DNA from: Chrysomallon squamiferum
Lineage: Eukaryota; Animalia; Mollusca
Direction of reading: 5' to 3'
Length of the DNA stretch: 64,000 bases
NCBI GenBank assembly: GCA_012295275.1
Contig: CM022670.1
Span: forward strand, 21,700,001 to 21,764,000
Shown here: in pieces, positions 1 to 14,612 of the stretch
How positions within the stretch are numbered: position 1 is the first letter of the stretch
How the letters are laid out: each line of letters starts with the position of its first letter
The notes under the pieces: generated by a model
What the model saw: the letters and a program-made list of their open reading frames with translations, nothing else
What the model was told of the DNA's origin: nothing
The model's database searches: none
Made by a program: the position numbers and the translations under genes

Positions 1-1603
1 TGGCTTATGTAGAGCTACATTTTCTGAAAATAAAACAACAAAATAAATAAATAAACAAAATAATTAGTAAGTAAGAAATATAATTTATGTTAGACATAAA
101 AATAACAACGTAAAAAGCAATATAAACGTAAAAACTTAGTGAAATAAGATTAATATTCAGTAAAATATATTTTGATTTTTCGACGTATTTATTTATTTGT
201 TGATTATGTTGTTGCTTTGTTTCATTGTTCATTTATTTATTTATTTGTTTGTTTGTTTGTCTGTTTCTTTGGTTATTCGTATTATTATAGTTGTCGTTGT
301 TGTTGTTTTTGTTGTTTTACTTTATTTCATTTATTTATTTTTTAATTTTATATCAGTCGTTAAAAATAGTATAGGTTTCATTTGGATATCTTCAGTTTTA
401 GATATTTGACTAAGACATTTTTGCGTTTTGTAATATCAGCCGTATTAAATGAAATAAATAAATAAATACAATTTATAAATTTGAAATTAAAGTAAACAAG
501 GCAATTTTGCCGTGAATTAAAAGTAAGGCGAAGTTTAGTACGGAAGGACGAGTACCCGCCCATCTCCCCTATCCCCCTCCCGTGGCTTTGCAATTTAAAA
601 TATCAATGGAAACTGTATTTGACATCTTAAAAATTAAAAATTAAGCATTACCGGCAACTGTAGAAAACCAACATTTCGGCGGAGAGTAACGACCGGCCAA
701 TTCACAAAACTGAATTGATTGACGATACTCAGAGTGACCGAATGACCGAACTTTCGTACACTGACGTTCTTAAAATGATAAAGCAAATTAAAACTGTTCC
801 TGCTAATACCGAAAGCCGATTTTCGTTACTGATGTTAAACACAGAAGCCATTACAGAGAAAAGTTCTTTGGAGAGAAATATATATAAATAATAATAACAA
901 AAATTTAAAAAAACAACAACAAGCAAACAAAAGAAATGCAGTAATCAGACTCTTTCTCAGTTTATATATAAACAAACAAACAAATACAGAAATAAAGAAA
1001 GTGCATTCACGATAAATTTTTAACTAATTCTATAACTGTTTAAATAAAAAGAGTATCTGTAAGATGAAATGTCGATAATTCAGTCGTACAGATCTCAGGT
1101 ATAATAAGTTTTGCGACTTCAGCCAGACACCGTGATGCAAATTCAAAAGGTTCCAGGAGAAGTGAGTCAAGAGCCTTGATTTACTGTATATAGAGACTTT
1201 ACATAGAACATATTTTTCACTGCTAAAGTAAAGCAGTCGCAGGTTTCATCTCACTTGTTACACAGATAATAACCGTTAATACTAGCCTGTGCTGAAACAT
1301 CGTTAAAATGCTAACAGACATACATATATTTTTGTCCACAAACACACAAATACACATACATACAAACATATACATACACACATATATACATACAAACATA
1401 CACAGATATATACATACAAACATACACATACACACATACATACATACATACAGACAGATTTATATATATATGAGAAGAGCAACTGGAGAATTTTTGTTTT
1501 CTATAATATTTGAAACGAACTTACGAAACTCTGCAAAAATCTTGACACGACACAAACAAATAAAATACAAAACAAAAGCGAAAAACATCCACACTGTAGC
1601 CAT
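1..1603 (-). CDS. Gene A (5' part only): F-type lectin/EGF receptor family; signal-peptide exon and start of lectin exon, continuing off the window
   Basis: Exon 1 is 1525-1603 (ATG at 1603, MATVWMFFAFVLYFICLCRVKIFAEF, GTAAG donor). Exon 2 begins at 23 after TTTTCAG (QNVALHKP...). Both match exons 1-2 of B and C. Confidence 0.85.
505..770. repeat. Interspersed repeat, with an inverted copy at ~2950-3172 and related copies in intron 1 of B (~17780-17930) and C (~29795-29935)
   Basis: CAACATTTCGGC...TGAC(C/T)GAAT(G/A)ACCGAACTTTCGTA and TTAAAAGTAAGG blocks match the reverse complement of 2950-3172. Confidence 0.65.
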
Positions 1604-2164
1604 GTTGTAAACACTTAGTCACTGTCAACTAACAAGTCTTTGTCTCTGCAAAGCGGAATTAATTTAGAAAGTTTCAGTGCATCACTATTATATTCGTTCA
1701 AATACACGTGCTATAATCATGTGATTAACTAAATGCTATTTGTATTTAATTGTTTAAGGGACAAAGTTTTTTGTATCTACGCTGATCTTTTAAAAATAAA
1801 AATTTTCATCACGCTTGAATCACTTAAGCTGGATACGTGACATGAAAAAAAAATGAAGCTGGACATAATAAATTGTTTTTCATCTTTTAAATTCTATAAA
1901 TACATGATTAGTAATACAATCCTTATCTTGACCTCTTGAAACAAGGTCAGTTTGACAGCGGATCGCTAAAGTGTCATGGCAGACAGATCAAACTTCCTGC
2001 TTTATATTTATGTCTGAGGATGGATTATATTAATTTACTTTTCGTAAATTTCGTAAATCATTCCAAAGATGTCCTTATTGTTATACTGGCAGTTTTCATC
2101 CAAAAATTACTGTAATAAAAAATCATATTATTTATCACTTTATACTCATATCAACAACAGTAGC

Positions 2165-2201
<37 letters not shown>

Positions 2202-2207
2202 GTAGTA

Positions 2208-2253
<46 letters not shown>

Positions 2254-2473
2254 GTAAGGTTTTTATTATTATTATTTTTAATTTTTCGTAAAAATAATAT
2301 AATGTCATTTACAATAGATAAATTACACTCAAATTATTTGAAGCCATCAAAGCACATATAGCCATGGGCCAGCAGACAATAGGAGATAAGAGACAGAACA
2401 ATCCGGAGTACGAAAATAAATATTATATTCACTCTTTTGATATAAAATAAATAAATAAATCAATATGTAAAAG

Positions 2474-2504
<31 letters not shown>

Positions 2505-2771
2505 AAAATATTTAAAAAACCCAGCACCATCACCCTATACGAAAAGTTATTAAAAAAGCAAAAAAATAAAATTTAAAACGTAAAATAAGCAAGACTAATA
2601 AAAAAAAAACATAAATAAAAAAATAACAGTCATAAAGTAAGTAAAGAGACAAGCAAAGTAAATAAATAAATAAATATATCATACACTTTTTGTTCTGAGC
2701 GATTACTCAGTAATGGACACTGTAATGTAAAATAATAATAATAATAATAACAATAACAACAACAACAACAC

Positions 2772-2812
<41 letters not shown>

Positions 2813-2949
2813 GTAATAATAAACATGTATTGGATCACGCTTTTATTCTGAAGCATTTAGAACGGAAATAAAACTGCAACAGCTTTAACATGAGCAACAT
2901 ATTTACCTTAGGACACTATCTTTAGGGCATTTGTCCATAATATGCATTA

Positions 2950-3172
2950 GGATACGAAAGTTCGGTTATTCAGTCACTGTGAACATTGTCAATCCATTCA
3001 GATTTTTGAATTTGTCTCTGCCGAAATGTTGATTTCGTACTTTTTATAATGTCAAATACTATCTGACTTCATCATTTAAACTGCATAACCAGAGTTTACG
3101 ACAGAAGGGGCGACATGAACGAAATACTGGTCCTTTTCTACAAAACTTTACCTTACTTTTAACCCACGACAA
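2950..3172. repeat. Inverted copy of the 505-770 repeat, upstream of gene A
   Basis: Its reverse complement aligns by eye to 505-770. Confidence 0.6.
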
Positions 3173-3216
3173 AGTCTAAGTCATCTTCTGTTCTTCTTCT
3201 TATTTATTTATTTTTA

Positions 3217-3260
<44 letters not shown>

Positions 3261-3769
3261 TAAATCATGTGTCCAACTGTATGAAGAGCTACAAAAAAAA
3301 TATATATTGTTTTACTATTGTGATTAGAACACAATTCATATATACAAATTAAAATTAACTAAGACGGACCTGATTCTCTACACATTTTATAGCCTAGCGT
3401 AAACCCTGCATAGCTAAATATTTCTGTTTACACACTGGATTTGATGAAAGCTCTTCTATTAACTTTGCTTTAGAACGTTCGATACATCGACGTTTTTTTT
3501 AGGTCGCTCTGCCATTAGAACTAATTAAAAACAAGACACACTACAAAATGTGCACATATTTATGCAGATTTCTGCTTTTGACCCTAAATCTAAATGAGTG
3601 AATTAATTTAGGTATCAACGTACACTAATAATAATAATAATCTTGTTCGCTTAGCTGCATACAGTAATTACAAGAAGTATGACATCATTATTTATTAAGC
3701 CTTCAAAGAAGCGTGATCGTTTCTGTCACACGGTAGCCTAATTCATGTTTCCACAGTTACTCCGTAAGT

Positions 3770-4314
3770 CACGTCCGCCATCGTCACTTACTACGTACCA
3801 AAGACTAACATCCAAAATGGCGGAATCGGTAGCAGACGGATTAGGTGATCTACAAAGTATTGCAGATGATGTCTCGGTTTAATATCTTCCTGAGAGCTCG
3901 GGCATTTCCAGGAAAGAACAACAGAAAGGTTTAAATTATTTTACGCTAAAAAAAAAAAAAAAAAACATTTCCGACGAAAATCAATCGAAAGTGAACGCGA
4001 GATGCTGTCGTTCCATGAGAAAAAACGACTCGGCACACAAAACTGCATATTCACGTTTGCGTGGAGATGGAACAGCTATCAGAGGCTAACTGCTCCTGTA
4101 AAGATGGATGTGTATATTTTGGTGTTAAACTGATATTGTAGTACGGTTTATTTTAGTACAAAGAAAAAAGAAAAATAGGAAACAAGATTATTACAAATGA
4201 CATACGTATCTTAAAGATGCATTGTCAAGGCTATTTATAATAGTTAAACATTTACAAAAAACTTACCAAATGTTTAGTTTCATTGCACCTCACAACCAAG
4301 TTTGGTCATATGCA

Positions 4315-4376
<62 letters not shown>

Positions 4377-4995
4377 CTTTTTTGTTTTTTACACTGTCTA
4401 GTGGGCCATTGGGCCATTTCCTGTTCTAGCAGTGCACGATGATGGTATATACTACCCTGTCTGTGGGATGGTACTGCTAATAAAAAACAACAGCCCATGA
4501 AGTGGCAACAGCGGGTTTCCTCTCTCAGTAAAGTGTGGACCTTAACCGACGTCCAACATCTTATAACCGTAAATAAAATGTGTTGCGTGAGTCACCAAAT
4601 GAAACGGTTTTTTTTTCGTTTTTTCTGTTCATTGGCTGTGTGTGGGTATGTATGTTATTCATATTTACCTAATTCGTATACAGCTAAATATCAGATGTGT
4701 GTATTATTATTATTTGAAAACATTTTTATAAATAACGTTCTTTTTTAGAGCTGGGTCGTCCATTTAAATTAGTCGAATCCATTTTAATCATTGTGTTTTC
4801 GGCTTCGGAAACGATGTAAATGTCAAACGCTGTCCACTATCGTACCGTACATTCGATTTGCATGTCCCCCAAGCAGATCGCTTGTGCCTATGAATAACGC
4901 CGTCTAACAAAGGAAGTATTAATGCTTACTGAACAAGTGAACAAAACAATGATCAACAAAAAAACCACACCCTTTTGTGGACAATATGGCGGCCG
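3770..4995. mobile_element. Decayed, internally deleted ISL2EU/PIF-Harbinger-like DNA transposon (SWIM-protein 5' end on +, THAP transposase 5' end on -)
   Basis: Plus strand 3817-4110 is a broken frame reading KGLNYF...VNARCCRSMRKNDSAHK-LHIHV...ANCSCKDG (SWIM-type CxC). Minus strand 4883-4752 reads KRSAWGTCKSNVRY...FPKPKTQ*LKWIRL..GRP (THAP-like). Ends are approximate. Confidence 0.6.
4401..4610 (+). mobile_element. SINE fragment (molluscan tRNA-derived core-SINE type) nested in the transposon relic
   Basis: GGGCCATT...CCTGTCTGTGGGATGGT...GCCCATGAAGTGGCAACAGCGGGTTTCCTCTCTCA...ATAACCGTAAATAAAATGTGTTG resembles a common gastropod SINE body. Recognised from memory, not searched. Confidence 0.55.
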
Positions 4996-5446
4996 AAATT
5001 AAAATATTATGGATGTGCGGAAATAGCTCGCTTTGTCTTGTTGAAGTTCCGAGGTGACTGACATGTGTGGAAACATGAATTACATGCAAATATCCTGTTG
5101 TTGTTTTAGAAGTGATCGTACTTACAAAATTAAACATGACTGTACCACTTGTTGTTTTTTTTTGCTCTGAAATTTACACCCCAAAATCCGAAGTAGACAA
5201 TGACAATGACTTTATTCTCACAAACAATAGGATTACATATCAGAGAAGAATGCGTTACTGATATATAATAATAACAAAATTAAAAATGCACATCCGGATT
5301 ATACAGGGTTTTGTTTATAAGAGATTAGCTCTAGCTGGACAGGACTTTGAAATGGTCACGATTTACACGGAAATCCGGATTAGTAAAATAACTGTTTTCA
5401 CAAAGTCCACTGTATATCAAAAGTTTATAATATGAACACACACACA

Positions 5447-5488
<42 letters not shown>

Positions 5489-6008
5489 TATATATATATA
5501 TATATATATATGGTAAATAAGTAAGAAAGTAAATACTACTACTACTACTACTACTACTACTAATAATAATAATAATAATAACAATAAAAATAATGATGAT
5601 GATGATAAGGACGACGACAATCATGATACTAGTTTAATTTGCTTGTTTTACAAAATTACAAAGTATCTGTTTATGGTTTTGTATGTACCTGAATGCTAGT
5701 ATTTAAGTATTGTACGAAAATGAATAATCCGCTGTGATCAGTACAATTCTGATTAGAATCTTCACAGAGAAAATTTTGAGGGACACATCATTAGAATGGT
5801 AACAAGTATACTGTTTGAAATCAAACACACAGCACTGACAGTTAACTTAGTGGTTTTGTGTTGTTACTGGTATTATTATTATTATTATTAGTAGTAGTAG
5901 TAGCAGTAGTAGTAGTGGTAGTAGTAGTAGTAATATAAGTAATAATAATAATTGTAGCAGTAGTAGTAGTACTAGCAGTAATCTTATATTTAATAAATAT
6001 AGTTTCCA

Positions 6009-6116
6009 TTGTGTACAATATATTGCATTCCATCCATGTTTACATCCTTCGGTACATTGTTAGTTTCGAGAATCACAGGAAGAGTTATCGCTCTTCTATT
6101 TACATGTTCTCGCGTT
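6009..6116 (-). pseudogene. Relic EGF-like exon
   Basis: Follows a TTTTTCAG acceptor. One frame gives NSSCDSRN*QCTEGCKHGWNAIYCTQ, resembling family exon 4 (NSSCDVQTGKC..GCTAGWNGTDCTQ). It has a stop and no GT donor. Confidence 0.55.
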
Positions 6117-7333
6117 CTGAAAAAAACACAAAAAGAAACAACAACAACAACAACAAAAAAAAGCACATGAAATAAAATAAAATATAAAAAATAAAAATTA
6201 AAAAAAACGAAAAATTATTACCTCTGTCATGTGATATTGCGTTTTAAAAAATAAAAATTCTAGTTTACTTTTAAAATTATTAACATACCTATAATGCGAT
6301 TTCTCTACTCATTTTCATCTAACGTGAATGTCCGTCATATTTCCTTTAAGTGGACGTTATTAAACACTTTTGGCTATATCATATCCCTCTTTAGAAATTT
6401 AATATTAGTTAAATTGCATAGGACACACATTGAATTTTTTTTATGGGTTTTAATGAGAAAAAGAAAAAGAGAGAGAGAAAAAAAGGTTTGTGTTATTTCA
6501 GTCACTTGTGTCAAATATTTTGCAAAAATAGTCGTTTAGAACTATTTTCTCACATTTCGTTTTTCGTACTTTTCTATATTTTTGTGATTTATGATTTGTG
6601 TTACATGTTTTTTCAAGTTTTGTAAGTAGAATTGTCAAGTATAAATACGTCTTTCAGTAACTTGTTTGCAGTGTTTTTCAATTAGTGTCGTTGCCTTGAA
6701 CTGCTTATGTGAAATACTTTATGATAATTTTGAGTTGTCCTTCGTAACTCGTATCAAGTGTTTTAACATTAATTTCAGATTACTTCAATAACAATGACAT
6801 TACCAGCTTCTATTACGTATAAAGGTTAAGTTGTAGATAAAAAAAGAAAAAACAGAAAACAGTTTTCACCTACAATTTAGACTGTCCCTTCATCCTGGCG
6901 TTATATATAATTATATAAATAAAAATTAAAACCAAACAAACAAACAAACAAAGAATATGTAATAAATAAAAAAGCTGAAGTACAGGAATGATAATTTTTA
7001 TTTGGACTGCAGAAATAGGTATTTTACAAAGATAATACATAAATATATGGTATTCAAAATATAACGAAAGCTTTTTTGTTTGGTTATATACTCTGTACAG
7101 ACACAATTAAATCATCTAAGCTGTGACACCAGCAGCTTGCTTAAAAATGTTTCATTATCTACACTCGTCTTTTTTTCCTTTTGCTCAGATTAGCTTAAAC
7201 TTAATTTCTACAGTCGAATACTAATTAATTAAAACTTAAATAGCCACAGTTTAGCGAAACCAAAGTAAAATATAGCTGTGTAAATATGACATAGAAACTA
7301 AAATATATGTGTAAAAAATAAAAAAATAAAAAA

Positions 7334-8290
7334 TTAGTTATATGTATGAGATGTGTGTTAGACACAAAATTCACTGGTTTAAAAACTCAGTCAAACAGTT
7401 TGTATGAAGGAAACCAACATAGGTAACAGGGACACGCTGATCTACATATGTACATAAACAAACTTTTTTCGTGAATCTAAATTCTATAAATAAGAAAAAA
7501 TAATGAGATAAAAGTAACAGTAAAGAAATTGTTATTAGCTGTTTTAAAAGTTATTTTAGTAAATATACATTTAGTTACTTTGAACTGTCTACCATTCTTT
7601 CAAATTAGCTATTAACTATTGTGAAATAAATGTGTTTAGTAACATTCAGTAAATTTAATTTGTTAAGAAAGCATACAAAAAATCCAACAGAAGCAAAAAA
7701 AAAAAAAACCCACTCATAATAATAATAATAACAATAAAAAAAATAATAATAATAATAAATAAAATAATAATAAAAAAGTAATAATAATAAAAGAGAAAAT
7801 AATACAAATAAGAAATATTAGTTATATGTAACAGATGTGTGTTAGACACAAAATTCACTGGTGTAAAAACTCAGTCAAACATTCTGTATGAAGGAAACCA
7901 ACATAGGTAACAGTGACACGCTGATCTACATATGTACATAAACGAACTTTTATCGTGAATCTAAATTCTATAAATAAGAAAAACTAATGAGATAAAAGTA
8001 ACAATAAAGAGACTGTTATCAACTGTTATCAGCTGTTTTACAACTTATTTTAGTACCTTTAACTGTCTAACATATTTTTCAAATTAGCTATTAACTATTG
8101 TGAAACAAATGTGTTTAGTAACATTCAGTAAATTTAATTTGTTGAGAAATCATACAAAAAAGCCAACAGAAGATAAAACAAACCCCACTCATAATAATAA
8201 TATAACAAAATTTAATAATAATAAATAAAATAATAATAATAAAAGAATAATAATAGTAAAAGAGAAAATAATACAAGTAAGAAAGGTGGA
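7334..8290. repeat. Tandem duplication (~490 bp unit) in the 3' flank of gene B, also present in C at ~20195-21160
   Basis: GATGTGTGTTAGACACAAAATTCAC...GGAAACCAACATAGGTAACAG occurs twice in each flank. Confidence 0.8.
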
Positions 8291-8306
8291 AGTTCTTATA
8301 TCTAAT

Positions 8307-10364
8307 TCATTTGCTCGTATGGAGATCCTTGATCAACAGTTTCATTTTGCAAAGCATCGTAATCATTTGTTTTGGTTGGTCATCTTCTGTGCTGTGTTGT
8401 GTGTTTTGTCCTGACAAGTTCTGATGTGACGCGCGGGCAGCATCGACATCGTCATCAACAGCCTCGTATACTGGAGCACTTGTTGCTGTTGTGGATTGGA
8501 TATTTTGATTTTTGAAAAAAGACACAGATGGTTCCTTTGATTTGGCCATTGTTCTTATCACCCTGAAATTATTTATTTGTTTAAGTCAACAAGATTTAAT
8601 TCATCTTGTTTTAAGTCAGTTTATGATTTGCTTTCCTAACATATTATCAAATGTTTTGTCGATATATTACGTTGCTTCAGATAAAGATATTTAATCATTA
8701 ATAAATTCTGAATATAATTTTTCTTCATTACAGTAAATAATGCATCTTACCATTTAGATTCTTGTTGATGAAAAATAAACATATCAAATTATTTGCTTAC
8801 CTAATAACTAGTATAAGTGCAGCTGCACTTAGAACCAAGGCTAAAGCTATGAGACATGCGAAAACCATAATAATAGTGTCTGTGATTGCCTGTTGTGAAA
8901 CTGGAAAAAAGAAAAGAATTATAGTTCAATACAATTTGGTTCACCAATTGATGTGTAAAATTCTGAATATATTTACTGTTACTTTGCTATTTACTTGATA
9001 TATTCAATAACATATTCTAATAAACGACAACCATAATTTAAATGTATATAATAAATATGGTCTCATGTTTTACAAGATATACCCAGTATATGTTTTACAT
9101 GATATACATATATATATATATACATATAAACATACATACATACATACATACATACATACATACATACATACATACATACATACATACATACATACAGATA
9201 CATTTATTTTTATTTTATTAGCAGCGTGAAAAATGTATTTTCTTAAAAATAGGCTTCAACGGAAAACTGCTCATTGCGCTGTTAATTAAATATCAGTCAG
9301 GTCTTATGCATATTTAGTGTGTAACCGACTGAGCCAAATATAAATTCAAAAAACATTCAGAGTGAGAGAATGTAAACTCTAATAATAGAAATAAATTAAA
9401 TATATTCACTTTGTTTACACAAAAGTCGTTGGTAGCCATTTTTACAACCCCCCGTACAATTTGCAGAAATAAAATAACATGTTTCAGTCTTACAATGACC
9501 ACACGTAGAATTACAGTCAATTTAGTATTTTCCAGACCTGCACTCTGAAAACAATAAGGCTTATTTCAAGTATTCCCCTCCCTTCATTTCTATGAAATAT
9601 TGGTTTAAAGTATTTGTAAAATTGGTAATGCTTGAATGGAAATCTTATTTTCTTTTAATTTTATTAATATTGTATGTTTTATGTTTTTGTCATTTATTTG
9701 AACGTTGTTTGCAGATTCGCATTTCTCCCTACTCAGTATAAAAATTAAATATTATAAAGTTACTTACTGATATTGCATCCATTTCCTGTGTATCCTGCTG
9801 TACAACCTCCTACACAGTTTCCAGAGAATCTATCACAAGGTTTGTTTCTGCAGTTTCCACATGTAAATTTACAGTTTTTACCATACCTTCCTGGTGTGCA
9901 TTCTACAGTTAATAAAAATCAACGGAGTAAAAGATAATATAATTAATAGTAGCTTAATGATACACCATTACATTTTAACTCGAACTGGTTAAAGGTTTCA
10001 ATAATACAGTAGACTAATGGTATCTCGAGGCAGTCGACTTTCCTTTGACTCTTAGTAATACTGCTATGCATGAATTAAGAGAAGCTACCGCATAATGACA
10101 AAGCGCATTATAGCCTCAACGCATAAAATATATCCACTGATTATAACAGCTGTGACCTGAGATGCGACAATCCCTTGGAAAAAGCTAATTTTTGAAATAT
10201 ATAGAAACTAGAACTGAAATTATATACATTAAAGTCAAAAACAGACTGACAAACTCATATTTTTGAATATCTATTCTGAGAGAATACTTGCTAATGTGCA
10301 AACACTAATGCATATGTTATTATGCATTATACGTCTGAATGAATATATACATGTATAAATCATG

Positions 10365-10419
<55 letters not shown>

Positions 10420-12641
10420 GTGTATGTCTGATTGCTTTATATCCATATCAGTTGTGACATTTATGAAAGTAATGAAAATCTAAATACTGTTTCTTAGTCG
10501 TGTGGCATATACATTTAGTTCCGAGATTAGATGAATTAATTAAAGCCGTCGATGCAACCACTAATGCACGTCCCAGAAATATGGTCGCATGTTTTGTTTT
10601 CACAGTTGTCACAGGATAAATTACAGTTCAAACCATGTGTTCCAGAACCACATTCTAAGAAACAGATAAAGATATACCATTATGAAATATTTCATTCATA
10701 AATTACTAATGAAAATGAATTTTTCAGTTCAGTTATATATAAAGTCTACCATAATCATCAAAAACAAAAATATACAGGCATATAGACTGAAAACGGAAGT
10801 AAAAGTTACATACAGTGATTCTTAGAAGCAAAAAATAAATATGGTCATTTCAAAAATAAGTAATAAGATAGAAGCCAAGAATATAAAATAAATAAATAAA
10901 TAAAATAATAAGATAAAATGAAAACAAAATTGTAGCACCTTCCTTGCATAAAAGTTCTTGGTATCCATCTTTACAACCTCCTGTACAATTTCCAGAAATA
11001 AAATCACACGTTTCTGTTTTACACTGACCACACGTAGAAATACAAAACACACACACGCACAGACAGACAGACACACACACTTATATATAATGTATTTTTA
11101 CATATATATTCATACTCATATATAGTTCTTAATCTATAATTATTTTTTTTTAACGCAACAGAAACTAACAACTAAACAAACAAATTAAACGTTAATACGT
11201 AGATATACAGATAGATAGATAGATAGATAGGTACAACGCACACGCATACAAACACACGCAAACAGTGAATACGGAAGTAAAATTAAAATACAGTGATTCT
11301 TAAATATTTCATAGGAAACAATGGTTGAACAAGGTAAAAATAAAAAAGTAAAAATAAAAATGAAATGTAAAAAATGATAATAATAATAACTAACGCCAAA
11401 ACAATAAATAGATGAAGAAACTAAAAAAAAAAAAAATATATAATGAAACATTAAATTAAGAAAGAAATATAAATAAATAAAATTAATGAAATAAGTAATT
11501 TCTTTACTTTAAAAATCTCGATATCCAGTTTTTCAGCCATTTTTACATTGTCCTTGTATTGTTTTTACATTCACCACAAAAAAGAAACAGTAGAAAAGAT
11601 CCGTTTCTTATCTAATTTGACATCTATAACACATTGCACTGTAGCGTAGACCAATCTTTTTATCAGTAAAAACTAAATATAGTCATCTGTAAGAACAGAA
11701 CAGGAAATAAAGATAAGAAATTGATATAAATATAATAGAAGACAAAAACAAGAAAAAAGAAAAATAAAAGTAAATAGATCAAAAACATTTATAAATAAAT
11801 AAAATTAAAAGATAAAATTAAAACAGAAACAAATCTAAAAATATACAACCTTCCTTGCATAAAAGTCCTTGGTAACCGTCTTTACAGCCTCCTGTACAAT
11901 TTCCAGAAATAAAATCACACGTTTCTGTTTTACACTGACCACACGTAGAATTACAATCAAATCCGTATTTTCCAGATCTGCATTCTGAAAACATACAAAG
12001 TGCTAATTTACATATCAGTTTCAGTTGTGTTTATAATATTTGTAGTGATAATATCGCATTGTTATATGTGTTACAAAACACACACACCTATATATAATGT
12101 ATTTTTACATATATATTCATACTCATATGTAGTTCTTAATCTTTAATTATTTTTTTTTAACGCAACAGAAACTAACGACTAAACAAACAAATTAAACGTT
12201 AATACGTAGATATACAGATAGATAGATAGATAGGTACAACTAGATCGACAGACAGACAGATAGATAGATAAAGAGATAAAAATAGATAGATAGACAGCTT
12301 GATAGACAGATAGAGATAAACAAAACCAAAAGTAAAACAAACAAAACAATGTCCTCGTCTCCAGTGAAATGTTTAATTACAATAACCAAAAATCCCAACA
12401 AATATTTCAGTGTTACACGAATACGTATAATACATATCCCTTCCTTGTAAAGTACATTCTACAGAAATTGAAAGTTACAATAAAAAGTTACTTACCGTTT
12501 TTGCACTGATTTCCCATGTAGCCTGCTGTACAACCTTCAGTACAGTTTCCAGAGAATCTATCACAAGATTTGTTTATACAGTTTCCACATTTAGATCTAC
12601 AGTTTTTACCATACGTTCCTGGACTGCATTCTGAAGTGATT

Positions 12642-12697
<56 letters not shown>

Positions 12698-12840
12698 TAT
12701 TATTATTATTATGATTATTATTATTTAAGTAAAACATGAGTATTTAAATATTTATTTTTAAAGGAGAAATAAGCAAACAAAGAAGCAAAAGGATAAACAG
12801 GTAGACAGACAGACATGCAATTATATATATATATATATAT

Positions 12841-12901
<61 letters not shown>

Positions 12902-13164
12902 AATATATAGATATATAGATAGACAGATAAATATATAAATAATTATGTTGTAAATAAATGAATAGATAAACTAAAAAAAAAAAAAACAGAAATAAGAGTT
13001 TCTCGTCTCTAGTGAAATGGTTAATAAAAATAACTGAAAATCCCAATACATATTTTGGTGTTACATGAATACGTATAATACATATTCCTTCTTTGTAAAG
13101 TGAAAATATAAATAAGCCTGTATAGCTTGCTGTACAGCCTCCTGTATTACTGTACTACTACATT

Positions 13165-13208
<44 letters not shown>

Positions 13209-13238
13209 GTTAATAATTATAATAATAATAATAATAAT

Positions 13239-13272
<34 letters not shown>

Positions 13273-13512
13273 CAGTGATAGTAATACTAACAGCAATAGT
13301 GATACGAACAATATTGTTATTGTTATTATTATTATTATTTACGAAAAAATAAGAGTAAAGTATTTCAGAACTAAATATTACCGCAGTTATGTTCATCTAC
13401 AGATTTTACCATACGTTCCTGGACTGCATTCTGTAGTTATTATAGTATATACACATAACAACACATATACATATCAATACATACATACACAACCACATAC
13501 ATACAAACGCAC

Positions 13513-13575
<63 letters not shown>

Positions 13576-14545
13576 TAGATAGATAGACAGACAGATACAC
13601 ATATATACATACATAAAAATGTGATAGAATTTATGTTTAATTTAAGTGAAAATGAAAGAAGAAGTACTTCACATACTGAAGATCAGTCTTCATATGACGT
13701 TCATATTAATTTGAACCTAAACAACTTGAACATACACTCAATATTTAATTGTATCTTAGAAAAAAATAAAGAATGTAAAGATATTTTTCCTTCGAGCTTG
13801 ATTATAAGAAATGTGTTTTTGTTACATAATAATAAAAAGGGTTTTAAACATATTTTTAAATACGGCTGATGACTTTATGAGTTGACTGTTTTTATTAAAA
13901 TGAATCGTTTCTTTAAATATTTAACTGTTCTTAGAATAGTTCCAAGAATGACAATTTTACCTTGTGTACAGTCTGGTCCAGTCCATCCTGCCGTACATCC
14001 TGCAGTGTGACACGTTCCTGTCTTTACGTCACAAGGTGAGTGTGTGTTAACACAGTGACGTTTTTCACACAACTTGTCACAGTTAGAACCATACTTGACG
14101 TTCAGTTCACACGCTAATATAATATAATATAATATAATATAATATAATATAATATAATATAATATAATATAATAAATTAATAAAAACATTGTTTCTTTAA
14201 ATATTTAATTGTTCTTAGAATAGTTCCAACAATGGCAATTTTACCTTGTGTACAGTCTGGTCCAGTCCATCCTGCCGTACATCCTGCAGTGTCACACTTT
14301 CCTGTCTTTGCGTCACAAGGTGAGTGTGTGTTAACACAGTGACGTTTTTCACACAACTTGTCACAGTTAGAACCATACTTGACGTTCAGCTCACACGCTA
14401 ATATAATATAATATAATATAATATAATATAATATAATATAATAAATTAATAAAAACAAAATAAAAAATTCTATAACATTACATAATATCATATTTATATG
14501 TTTATATGTTAAAATATACTGAATTTACACTAGGTTTTAAATGAC

Positions 14546-14612
<67 letters not shown>

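Noticed and set aside
9522-9524. Stop-codon recoding or readthrough for the shared TAA (and the TAG in G)
   Set aside because: TAA is used as the normal terminator in C, D, E and G, and no readthrough or SECIS context is evident.
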